A stretch of DNA of 63,360 nt, the filler included, from Octopus bimaculoides (taxonomy: Eukaryota): assembly GCF_001194135.2 (NCBI RefSeq). It is 4 parts of 4 records of this genome, joined end to end, with 100 filler letters (N's around TTAATTAATTAA, not from the genome) between each part and the next. Parts side by side here need not be neighbours in the genome. Positions count along the whole stretch, not along the records: positions 11,847 to 39,603 come from NC_068982.1; 3 more parts are not named here. One strand, written 5' to 3'. A program made the position numbers and the translations under genes. The notes below the pieces were generated by a model. The model saw nothing but the letters and a program-made list of their open reading frames with translations, searched no databases and had not been told where the DNA came from. Below, piece after piece: positions 26,501 to 37,920 of the stretch. Numbering within the stretch: position 1 is the stretch's first letter; each line of letters opens with the position of its first letter.

Positions 26501-28230
26501 TAAATCTGTAGAATGTTAAAAAAAAAAAAAAGGATACTTTAAATTGACCATGTTTAAAATTGTATTTCAGAAAAAAAAAAAAATTGTGAAAAGTCTGGAA
26601 GATTATTTTAAAAATCATATTCACTAAAAGCTGTGATAAGTGATAATTCTTATAGGGCCATTTACTGCTGAATTATTCTGTTATTTAATTATGCTAATAA
26701 TATCCACTGTGAACAATTAAATTGGACTGTTGACTAAACCAAATATTGTTACCCTCTGCATAGTTTGTTCATTGATTTAAATTTGTAATTCAAAAACACA
26801 GTTTTCAGTTTACTCATTACATGTATGTTCGCCACCATATCCAATTTTAGTGTATAAATGTTCAGTATATTCTACGAGCATAATATTAAGCAGAAGGAAC
26901 TCTGGGACAATATGGTTACATTAGAGTATTTTTCAACAGAACTATCATCTCCATCAAAAATGAAAAAGTAAAAAAAAAAAAAAAAAAGAAAAATCATTTT
27001 ACGATATTGATTGCGATATTTACTTAAAGTTAATATTTTAATATTTATCTGAACTTGAAGACAGTAATTTTCTATTTCACATAGAGGATGTAATTTAGAA
27101 AAATAAGCAGTAGTAACTGTGATTTATCTAGTCAAAATTTTCAAATTCTAAATTTTTTCAAAAATTATATGTTGTTACTATAAAGCTTATTGAACTTTTA
27201 TCTTTTTGCTGCTCTTTGNNNNNNNNNNNNNNNNNNNNNNNNNNNNNNNNNNNNNNNNNNNNNNNNNNNNNNNNNNNNNNNNNNNNNNNNNNNNNNNNNN
27301 NNNNNNNNNNNNNNNNNNNNNNNNNNNNNNNNNNNNNNNNNNNNNNNNNNNNNNNNNNNNNNNNNNNNNNNNNNNNNNNNNNNNNNNNNNNNNNNNNNNN
27401 NNNNNNNNNNNNNNNNNNNNNNNNNNNNNNNNNNNNNNNNNNNNNNNNNNNNNNNNNNNNNNNNNNNNNNNNNNNNNNNNNNNNNNNNNNNNNNNNNNNN
27501 NNNNNNNNNNNNNNNNNNNNNNNNNNNNNNNNNNNNNNNNNNNNNNNNNNNNNNNNNNNNNNNNNNNNNNNNNNNNNNNNNNNNNNNNNNNNNNNNNNNN
27601 NNNNNNNNNNNNNNNNNNNNNNNNNNNNNNNNNNNNNNNNNNNNNNNNNNNNNNNNNNNNNNNNNNNNNNNNNNNNNNNNNNNNNNNNNNNNNNNNNNNN
27701 NNNNNNNNNNNNNNNNNNNNNNNNNNNNNNNNNNNNNNNNNNNNNNNNNNNNNNNNNNNNNNNNNNNNNNNNNNNNNNNNNNNNNNNNNNNNNNNNNNNN
27801 NNNNNNNNNNNNNNNNNNNNNNNNNNNNNNNNNNNNNNNNNNNNNNNNNNNNNNNNNNNNNNNNNNNNNNNNNNNNNNNNNNNNNNNNNNNNNNNNNNNN
27901 NNNNNNNNNNNNNNNNNNNNNNNNNNNNNNNNNNNNNNNNNNNNNNNNNNNNNNNNNNNNNNNNNNNNNNNNNNNNNNNNNNNNNNNNNNNNNNNNNNNN
28001 NNNNNNNNNNNNNNNNNNNNNNNNNNNNNNNNNNNNNNNNNNNNNNNNNNNNNNNNNNNNNNNNNNNNNNNNNNNNNNNNNNNNNNNNNNNNNNNNNNNN
28101 NNNNNNNNNNNNNNNNNNNNNNNNNNNNNNNNNNNNNNNNNNNNNNNNNNNNNNNTATATTATATATATACATATATATATATATATTATACATATATTA
28201 TATATATACATATATATATATATATTATAC

Positions 28231-28276
<46 letters not shown>

Positions 28277-28521
28277 ATATATACATATATATATATTTAT
28301 TTATTTCATATGCTATCTTTCTCTGCACATACACACTGTTGCCTACAGAATTGTTAGCTGAAAAAGTACTCAGTAACAGGCAGCATTTTAATATTCATTG
28401 TCAATTAATGTCATTGAATATCTTGGTTAAATAAAACTTGTATAAATCTTTGATGTTGCTTTTGATTATTATTTTCTTTTTAGTTTGATTTCCAGTTTAT
28501 TATTGTAGGGTTTTATGTAGA

Positions 28522-28735
28522 TATAGGCACAAGCATTGCTGTGTGGTTAAGAAACTTGCTTCCCAACCATGTGGTGTCTGGCTCAGTCCTACTGTAATAT
28601 GTCTGGCCATGGAAAATATTACCTTGTGGGAAAACACGTGAGGGTTGGCAGCAAGGACATCCAACAATAGAAAATCTGTCTCATCTAATTTCATCTGAAC
28701 CAAGCAAACATGGGAAAGTGGACATTTAATAATAA
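28522..28735 (+). mobile_element. Diverged SINE with family A-like head and RTE-like tail
   Basis: GGCACAAGCATTGCTGTGTGGTTAAGAAACTTGCTTCCCAACC head; tail GGACATCCAACAATAGAAAATCTG...CATGGGAAAGTGGAC. Confidence 0.6.
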
Positions 28736-28945
28736 TCCTTTCTACTAAAGGCCCAAGGCCTGAAATTTGGAGTGAGGGGTCTAGTTGATTACATTGACCC
28801 TAGTACTAAACTGGTACTTAATTTATTGACCACGAAAGGATGAAAGGCAAAGTTGACCTCAGTGGAATTTTAATTCAGAATGTGGTGACAGGTGAAATAT
28901 CATGAAGCATTTAGCCCAGTGTGCTAACGATTCCACCAGCTTGTT
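28736..28945 (-). mobile_element. SINE family B
   Basis: ...CTGGTACTTAATTTATTGACCACGAAAGGATGAAAGGCAAAGTTGACCTC...GCTAACGATTCCACCAGC. Confidence 0.75.
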
Positions 28946-30576
28946 GACTTAATAATAACGATGAAGATGATGATGTACATGTATAAGATTAAATTTGGCA
29001 TTCATTTAAATTTTATTTAAGGCCTTGATTGCTTTCCTAACTTTATAACAGTGGTGTAATCTAGACAGGTTTACAGAGACAAAATTTTCTTTGAATGTTC
29101 TTAACATTTGTATGAACTTATTTAGAGATACTGTTATTCTGGAGGTGTTATATAAGCTCTGAAGTGCTAGAAATAAAGGTTGTCTATTTTAGATGAAAGT
29201 ATCATAAAGTATGGCTGGTCTTAATGCTATTTTCCGTGGCATAGGCAGTGGCCAATGGCAAGTTGCTAATTTTCTATCAAAAGTGTATGATCTTAGCACA
29301 TGAAGATTGTGGTGAACGTAAAACGAGTTTTTATTCTTTTCCCCATATTGATTCAACTATTTCATGAGAGATCTAAATGAAATGAATTTTTCGATACCGG
29401 TATACTTTAGTTCATGTAGCTTCAAGTTATGTCATGTTTGATTTTACGACTTTGTAAGGAATTAACAAAAAAAAAAAAAAATCTCAGCTTTAGTCGATTT
29501 ATTCGTCTTTACGTTGGTCTCAGCTAACATTTAAACGCATAAAAACTATAAGAAGCATCTAACAGCTAAGCCTGAGATAGAAAAATCAAACACAATGCAT
29601 GTAAAAATATGTACAAATCATTTACTAAAACAGATACAAGCTAGTATATTTTAAAAAAATGATTTGTTCATGTTACGTCATTTTATTAAACAGTAAGCGC
29701 AGTAACTCATTAACAAGTTATCTCCCTTCACCTACAATTTGGTGTATGATAAATTCGATGTGTCTGGGGAGAGTCATATTGTTTTAATGCCTTATCTAAC
29801 AAATTCACTGGTTCGATTTCCACTCATTATTTATAAATGTGCTTATTTTGGTAGTTTTGACTTATGGAGTCCCTCTAAGCGTGAGGCATTATTATATAGT
29901 AATGCCCTTATATAAATTAAATTATATATATCTACGGAAAAAAATGATGGTTTTTTTTTTCCTTGAGGTTTTTTCATGCTAACTACTTGATAAATTCTAA
30001 TAAAGTTTTTATCCTAAAATTATATTATGAATAATTAAAATATATACAGTGCTGAATATTATTCCGTAAAAGCACATGTACTGAAGTGTAACTTAAAAAG
30101 TCCGCCTCTTTCATGGATATATAAGGATGAACAATCGTCTATGTACTGTGTTGAATACATCAGGGTATGTTTATTTTTATGTGTCTTGACCATACGTGTA
30201 CTGATGAATAAAAGATGCAGTTTACTGCATAGTTTGCTGCATTAATTACGAAACCATTGGTTTACCGTTAAGTTAAAAGTTTTTAGGAGGTTAGCTTTGA
30301 AAGTTGCATTCCCTCGCGATCGGTAAAAATGTGCTTATTTTGGTAGTTTTGACTTATAGAGTCCCTCTAAGCGTGAGGCAATATTATATANNNNNNNNNN
30401 NNNNNNNNNNNNNNNNNNNNNNNNNNNNNNNNNNNNNNNNNNNNNNNNNNNNNNNNNNNNNNNNNNNNNNNNNNNNNNNNNNNNNNNNNNNNNNNATATA
30501 TATATATATATATATATATATATCTTAGTATCTTAGCTACTTTCTCGTATACGAGTAAAGCCATTGCTAGAAAGAA

Positions 30577-31757
30577 TCATTGAAATGAGTGAATGTTGAT
30601 GCAATGTGAGGCCCTTGTATGACTCTTGAGCCCAGCGAATGTTTTGCACATTCTGTTACATAATGCACAGCTGTGCTGACTGGCAGAAAGAACAGGTGCC
30701 ACAGTATGAACTCTTTTGATATGCCTTTTCAATCCTCCAACCGAGAGGCACACCTTTCCATGTGTTGCACATGTTCTGGTGTGAACAATAGCCACATCAC
30801 AGTTTACCATGGGTCGATTCCTGTGAGTTCTCTGATGGCTGACCAGGCCCACACGACTCAAGCACCTCCTACCATAAACCACACACACGAAACTCAACAC
30901 TCCCTCATTTTCCGCAGGTTTATTCCTTCTAAGTTTTCTCCTAATCTTCTTGTCTTCATTCTCTCTCTTTCAAACCTCGAACAACCACTGTGCACTTCTT
31001 TCCTCCATCCATCTCGGTCTTATACCTCCCTCTCCCAATCAACGAATGAAATTCCTGTTTGTGTCAGAGCAATTCTGAGGCAGTCCTTGAACCTTATTTT
31101 GGATTTATATGCTGGTCTCCTACCATCTTCCAGCTCACCATATAAAAGATGCTTGAGAAGCATTTCATCATTCATTCTTACCATATGTTCACCCCACCTC
31201 AAACGAAGTTGCAGAATCATTGATTCTACACTTCTACTACCACTTCTCTCAAGTACTTCCACATCACTGATGGCCATTTTCCAATTTATCCCAAGAATTT
31301 TTCTAAGACAATATTGATGATATCGTTTCAAATGCCATAAATACCTACGATAAACAACACGTCTCACTACCATATAGCAAAGGTAGCAGGACACGTGTTA
31401 TGAACTCCAACCTCAATTTGGAAAGATATACTATGGCGTGATCAGAGATGTCTGTAAAGCCTATCAAAAGCACTACTACCGGCCTTACTGATTTTATATG
31501 AAATTTCATCAAGACCAGTAGTGGTCAAAGTACTTCCTAAATAAATGAATTTAGTTACAACTTCTAGCCTTTGAACATTCACACTTATAAAAGGTTCCAC
31601 ATAAAACTTAGTGGGGGTAGGCTTGTACATTAGAACAGTTTTTTTCAAGTTGATTGTAAGGCCCAATGCTGTACATGCTGCAGTAATCGCATTCATCATG
31701 TGTTGCATATCTTCCTGGGAATGTGCTAACATGTCACAATCATCTGCATACAAAAAC
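30577..31757 (-). mobile_element. RTE-clade (BovB-like) LINE remnant: RT YADD to C-terminus with three C2H2-like fingers
   Basis: YADDCDMLAHSQEDMQHMM...GLTINLKKT...KFIYLGS; RYHQYCLRKILGINW...LRLRWGEHMVRM...LLYGEL..GRR...RFKD; then fingers ending SHQRTH, RHIKRVH, SHTRASH. Frameshifted into three ORFs. Confidence 0.92.
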
Positions 31758-34067
31758 TCAATGATGTGAGAATGAAGAACTTTCGTTTTGGCACAAAGAC
31801 CTTTGAGGTTGAAAATTATGTTCCTGCTTATTCTAATTCTTCCATATACTTGAAGCTACGAAAATGGTGATCTTTAATTGCCGTCAATGTGTAATATACA
31901 AACGTACACCGTCTGTGGTTATAAGAGGGATTCACTTATTTCTAATCAAGAAAGATCGTGACCATAATTGAATACGCAGCACTTCAACGATGGAGGTGGT
32001 CACATGTTAGTGTGTTGAGAACAGCAACTGTTGCTCTCCATATATTTGTTACGGCTGTGGCGATACTTCATTGTCGCTTATATGACGAATAACACAACAG
32101 AAAGAGAAAACAAAAACCTCGGAGTCTTTGATCCATCATATAAGATAGCCTTGTGAGGTTATCTTAGATTATAAGAAATAAGAAGGAGTTGCGCGCTCCC
32201 GCTTATATCGGAAGGTTACTTTAGAATATAAAAATGAGCTGTGTGCGCTCAAAAGCTGTGCCCTTTAGTGTCTCAAACAAAATATACCCTGTGGTAAGAG
32301 AAAGTCTTAAACCATTCTGTTTGTATGAGAGTGCAAAAGATTGTCAAAGTTGCTGAAGATCCCTCCGGAGGGCAAAGTACCTTGTAACTTGTTGCGTGTA
32401 GATGTTTGTCAAATGCTCGTCGTGCACCATCTCTTGTAACCCAGATAGAGAGTATGTTTTCTTTTTTACTTTCTATATGCACTACTTGGTGCTCTGTGGT
32501 TGGTGGCTGTAGAGAGGAAGGTTACTTGTTTCTTCTATGTCTCGTATGAAAGTGTAGCGAATGCTATGTTTATTATTTAGCCGTCTAGACTTAGATAGCT
32601 GGCAGTTGACGTATTTTACATGTTTCCTACAAGTGGTCAATGACCATACCCATTTGTGCTGATTTGATGCTTCAAGTCATCGAATCAGACCGCTTGACAG
32701 ACCAGCAAATGTGTAGTCTGTTTTGAGACTACAGATAGTTATAAATAAGTAATTTCTATGATTATAGCCAGAGAGGAGAGAATTATCGCCAGAGATGTTT
32801 GACGCCATGGTTTGTGTTTATCCCGTGTATATCACCATGTACAAGCTGCACTGGAAACCAATATATTTTTGTTAACAGAATTATTCATGTTGAATCAGAT
32901 CGTTGTATCATCGATTGGGGGAGAATTAAATGTGGTGGCCAATTTTAATCAAATTTTTCGTATTCCTTGATGCTCCTTATCATGACTTTTTTTTAAACAA
33001 GAAAATTATAATATTACCAGGGCCGTAGCCACATTTCCCTTTTCACCAGCTAAAAAAGAAAAAATGAACACGCATCTAAACATACATACACATATTTAAT
33101 GTCTATATGTATATTGTGAGTCCCTTGATTTTGCTAGTTTTTGACAACCATTGTTGCTTATGCTGTGGTCTGTCCTAAATCACTTTCCATACCAAGCAAA
33201 CTTGGTAGGGTCGCCAGTCTAGTCGCCGACAAACAGATCATGTATCAACTTACAAGGTACCTGTAGCGCTCCCAAACGAACTTTTTAAACATAATTCAAA
33301 TGTACAGAAAATAAGGCAGAGACATGTGTGGCAACAATATTTATCTTAGAAAGTATATCAAAGAAAAGAGAATGGTTGAATTTACGATCAAATAGGTGGG
33401 TTTTTATATTACTGAGACACACAGTGATTTCATGTTCCTCATTTTGAATAGTTTAAGTACCAGAGGTTCCTGCCTTACTGCATACAATTGGAAGTAAGAA
33501 ACTTCGGACAATTTAAATGAACTTAAGTTTATGGACAAATGTAACTTCAAGAAAGCCCACAACCAAGTTTGCGTGCGCGTGCGTCTGTGTATGTGTGCGA
33601 GCGCGCGTGTATTTGACAGAGAGAGAGAGAGAGAAACAGTACATGAACAATATTCTTAGTCCCAAACATATTGTACACATAACCAAAGCCGTATTGTCAA
33701 ATTGCGTTTGCAGCTATAGTGAAGATATGAAAATTATCGAACAATTAATGAAGCAACTACTTTACTTTATTAGAGACTAGATTAAAAGCCGCAGTTTGTG
33801 CCGACTTTTGGGATAGCTCCTGCGGAGGACCAGCTTGGCCTGCAGTACAAAACGAAGAGACAAATAGCATAACCATATATCTATAATAATTATATGCCCC
33901 GCTTGTGTTTGATAAAACGTTAAGGATGGATGAGGAATAATTCTCTAATGCAATCATTCTATTGTTCCAGTCCCAAGTTGAATTCCAATTATCGATCTTA
34001 TTTGTTCCAAAGTTCTTATCTGGACGTAAAATTAACGAAGCGAATGTCATTTATCTCCCCCTTTATC

Positions 34068-34108
34068 TCTGACGTCATCTGACAAACGGCTAAGAAGATG
34101 GCGTAAAT
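34068..34108. promoter_or_regulatory. CRE palindrome TGACGTCA plus YY1-like AAGATGGCG
   Basis: ATCTCTGACGTCATCT...AAGATGGCGT is present in both duplicate copies (second at ~39023-39063) while intervening bases differ. Function not shown. Confidence 0.35.
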
Positions 34109-34451
34109 TTGCCAAGCTTTACCTGGTATAAGTAACAACCTAAATGCTTTTGAATCAGATCTCAATACTGGATGTTCAAAAACCGACTGACGGGCAGATT
34201 TTCAATTCCGGGATCATTCTCATTCCAAAAAGGTATAATATGTCTAAGTAGAACAAATGTAAACTGATATAGAGGGGACGCAGACAAACAGAATTTTACC
34301 TTTATTATAATCAAAATATAGAGAAATTATTATCAAACGTTTTAATAGCATCAAACTTGTGTTTTATTTAAACACATACCGATTTATAACGCTAATCTCT
34401 ACATCTACCTGTGGACTATGTTGAGTAACCATTATTCATGTTTATAAGACG

Positions 34452-34640
34452 GTGAGCGGCAGATTCGTTAGCATGCCGGCGGCATTTCGTTCACGTTTGC
34501 AATCTGAGTTCAAATTCCACCGCGATCGACGGTTCCCTTGATCCTTTTGTTGTTTATAATATAAGTGCCAGTCTAACTTTGGGGTGAATATGATCGACTA
34601 CTCACTCCAACAAATTTCATACTCTTCTCTTATAATAGAA
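34452..34640 (+). mobile_element. SINE family B (inside duplicate copy 1)
   Basis: GGTGAGCGGCAGATTCGTTAGCATGCC...TCTGAGTTCAAATTCCACC...; orthologous copy at 39395. Confidence 0.75.
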
Positions 34641-36082
34641 AGGAATATTTCATGTAGGATTTTTATTTACCCATCCTCACTATCATATCTCCTAACAGTT
34701 ACACGATTGTTTACAATGAAATAATATTGTGTGTGAATATATCGAAAGTGAAGTATCGTTTCTGGTTGGAACCTCCAGGTTTCCTGTCCTGAAATTGCCT
34801 GGCTAAGAGTTCATACGGTTGGAGGAACAATACCGGACACCTTGTAACTATGTTATGGTACCAACCAGCATGTTACAGAGGGTGTTTAAGAACTCAAAGG
34901 TGCATAAAACGGCAGACCCACACAATTGTGTCCCCGACTTTGTTTCCTGACAACTTCATGAAAAATGTGTATAATTTTAATAAAATTTTCTATAAATACC
35001 TCTCAGATGGTATAGATTACGATTGTATCGGAATTTAATGTCAAAAAAAACAAGGAGAAAAAATTTGCGAAATTACACACATATATACTGACACACAGCG
35101 TATATATATATCCACAAAATGGAACTTGAAATTTTGAAAATAAATTGGGATGTATGTCAGTACATATGTGTGCGCGACCTGTATTTTTTTCGCATTAAAT
35201 TCCGATATAGTCGTAATTTATGCTAACGGAGAGATATTTGTATAATATTTCCTTAACCCATTACATACCACTTTCTACCGAAACTGTGGGCCTTGTGCCA
35301 AAATTTGAAACCAATATATACAGATGTTTGTGTTTGATCACTTAAAAATTACAAAATTCGTAATTATCTGTCAATATTTACACATATCTAACCTTTTTAC
35401 TATATCTACTAGGTATATTTCTCTGATATTCAATTGAGGTTTGCTCATTTTTCACCCAATATCTCGCTTATTTCTGTTTAAAATGTTATTNNNNNNNNNN
35501 NNNNNNNNNNNNNNNNNNNNNNNNNNNNNNNNNNNNNNNNNNNNNNNNNNNNNNNNNNNNNNNNNNNNNNNNNNNNNNNNNNNNNNNNNNNNNNNNNNNN
35601 NNNNNNNNNNNNNNNNNNNNNNNNNNNNNNNNNNNNNNNNNNNNNNNNNNNNNNNNNNNNNNNNNNNNNNNNNNNNNNNNNNNNNNNNNNNNNNNNNNNN
35701 NNNNNNNNNNNNNNNNNNNNNNNNNNNNNNNNNNNNNNNNNNNNNNNNNNNNNNNNNNNNNNNNNNNNNNNNNNNNNNNNNNNNNNNNNNNNNNNNNNNN
35801 NNNNNNNNNNNNNNNNNNNNNNNNNNNNNNNNNNNNNNNNNNNNNNNNNNNNNNNNNNNNNNNNNNNNNNNNNNNNNNNNNNNNNNNNNNNNNNNNNNNN
35901 NNNNNNNNNNNNNNNNNNNNNNNNNNNNNNNNNNNNNNNNNNNNNNNNACACAAAGACGCTAAACGCGCACGCGCAGAATAGCACACACATGTACACAAA
36001 CAAATATTTATATATATGATACATGCATTTACATAAATGTGTGTGTATTTGTATTTATGTGTGTGTGCGTGTGTTTGTGTGG

Positions 36083-36125
<43 letters not shown>

Positions 36126-36159
36126 CCTATCTGTCTATCAACATATGCAGATATATAGG

Positions 36160-36605
36160 GGGTGAGCTGGCAGAATCGTTCGCACGCCGGCCAAAATGCT
36201 TAGCGGCATTTCGTCCGTCTTCATTCTGAGTTCAAATTCCGCTGAGGTCTACATTCCTTTTCATCATTTCCGGGTCGATAAAATAAATACCAATTGTACA
36301 CTGGGGTCGACGTAATGGACTTGCCCCTTCCCCGGCAATTATTGGCCATCTGTCAAAATTTGAAATCAATATATACAGACTTAGAGACAGCGAGCTGGCA
36401 AGATGTTTAGCATGCTGGGTAAAATACCTGACGGCATTTCGTTCGTCTTTACCTTCTGAGTTCAAACGCTGCCGGGATCGACTTTGTCTTTCATCCTTTC
36501 AGGGTCAATAACGTAAGTCCCAGTTGAACACTGGAGTCGATGAAAGCGAGAATGTCCTTCTACCGAAACTGTGGGCCCTGTGCCAAAATTTGAAACCAAT
36601 ATATA
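36160..36605 (+). mobile_element. Two head-to-tail SINE family B copies
   Basis: Heads at ~36160 (GGTGAGCTGGCAGAATCGTT) and ~36390 (GCGAGCTGGCAAGATGTTTAGC). Both end ...AAAATTTGAAA(T/C)CAATATATAC. Confidence 0.8.
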
Positions 36606-36669
36606 CAGGTGTTTGTGTTTTTATGTGTGGATTATTTGTGTATGTAAATCTCGACTGATCGTTTTCACC

Positions 36670-36960
36670 CGCTGGAAGTAATATGGGGTAGAATTCTTGA
36701 GCCCCGTCATCTATGGGGTTCCGTCAGAAGCTATCATTGTCCAGTAGAACCTGCTGGAACTCCCAACAAGACCAACCATGCGCTTGGATATTATCCAAGC
36801 AACCTCCTTATGGTCTACCCCTGGGATTCCTCACATTTTTATATTTTGCCCGTAATACTTGTCTATCGATTCTTTCCTGAGGCATTCTTACCACATTTCC
36901 TCAGAATCGGAGCTGTGATGTCCCGATTCGGAGAAGTAGAGGGTCTACCTGGATCATCTC
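36670..36960 (-). mobile_element. RTE-clade LINE C-terminal remnant
   Basis: LRF*GNVVRMPQERIDRQVLRAKYKNVRNPRGRP*GGCLDNI matches the RTE motif LRWFGHVVRMPQER...RPRGRP. Confidence 0.75.
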
Positions 36961-37064
36961 TCTGATGTCCAAGCTACGAACTCAACAGAGTAACGTATCT
37001 CTAAAAACTATTGGGAAGAACCCCATTTCGGCCGTTTGTATTTGCGATCGTATTCTTTCTGTTA

Positions 37065-37882
37065 TAACCCATGAGGATCAAAACTGCTCCCGCTTATTCT
37101 ACTTCTTCCATATACTTGAAGCTACAAAAACGGAGATCTTACATTGCCGTTAATATTTATTACACCGAGCACCGCAAGATTTCGCCGTCTGTGATTATCG
37201 GAGGTATTGACTTATTTATAATCAAGAATGATCGTGACAATAATTGATTACGCACGATGATGTCACATGATGGTGTGCTGAAAACTGCGACTACTGCTCT
37301 CCATATATTTTGTTACGGCTGTGGCGGTACTTCATTGGTGCTGATATGCTGAATACCACAATGGAAAAAGAAAAGGAAAGCCTCAGACTCTTTGATCCAC
37401 CACATAAGATAGCCTTCCGAGGTTATCTTAAATTGTAAGGAGTTGCGCGCTCCTTCTTATATCGCAAGGTTATTTCAAAATATGTTTGTCGTGCAGCATC
37501 TCTTGTAATCTAGATGGTTGGGTATGATTTCATTTTTAGTTGGACGCCATGTTTCGTGTTTATCTCGCGCACATTATCACGTACAAACTGCACTGGGACC
37601 CAATGTATTTTTGTTAACAAAAGAATTCATATTGAATCAGTTTGCTGTATCTTCTATAAGGGGAGAAATAAATGTAGCCATCAACTTTAACCTGTTCCTT
37701 CGTATTCCTTCATGCTCCTTATTATGCCTCGTTAAAATCAGATTATAATAAAACTAGGGCCGTAGCTACATTTCCTTTTTCACCAGCTAAAGAGGAAGAA
37801 TGAGCATGCATCAAAACATATACACACATATTTAATGTCTATATGTATATAGTGACTCACACAAACACAAGCACACACACAC

Positions 37883-37920
<38 letters not shown>

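Larger units (their letters stand above)
31795..34660 (+). repeat. Copy 1 of a diverged local duplication
   Basis: Colinear with 37065-39600 over several blocks, e.g. TCTTCCATATACTTGAAGCTAC at ~31839/37105, GGGCCGTAGC at ~33021/37757, ATTAGAGACTAGATTAAAAGCCGCA at ~33770/38733, shared terminal SINE B. Copy 1 has extra sequence at ~32230-32790. Confidence 0.9.

Noticed and set aside
33757-34050. 97-aa minus-strand ORF as a confident gene
   Set aside because: The paralogous copy has a frameshift and three stops in this frame, and no homology is recognisable; kept only as a remark under the promoter finding.
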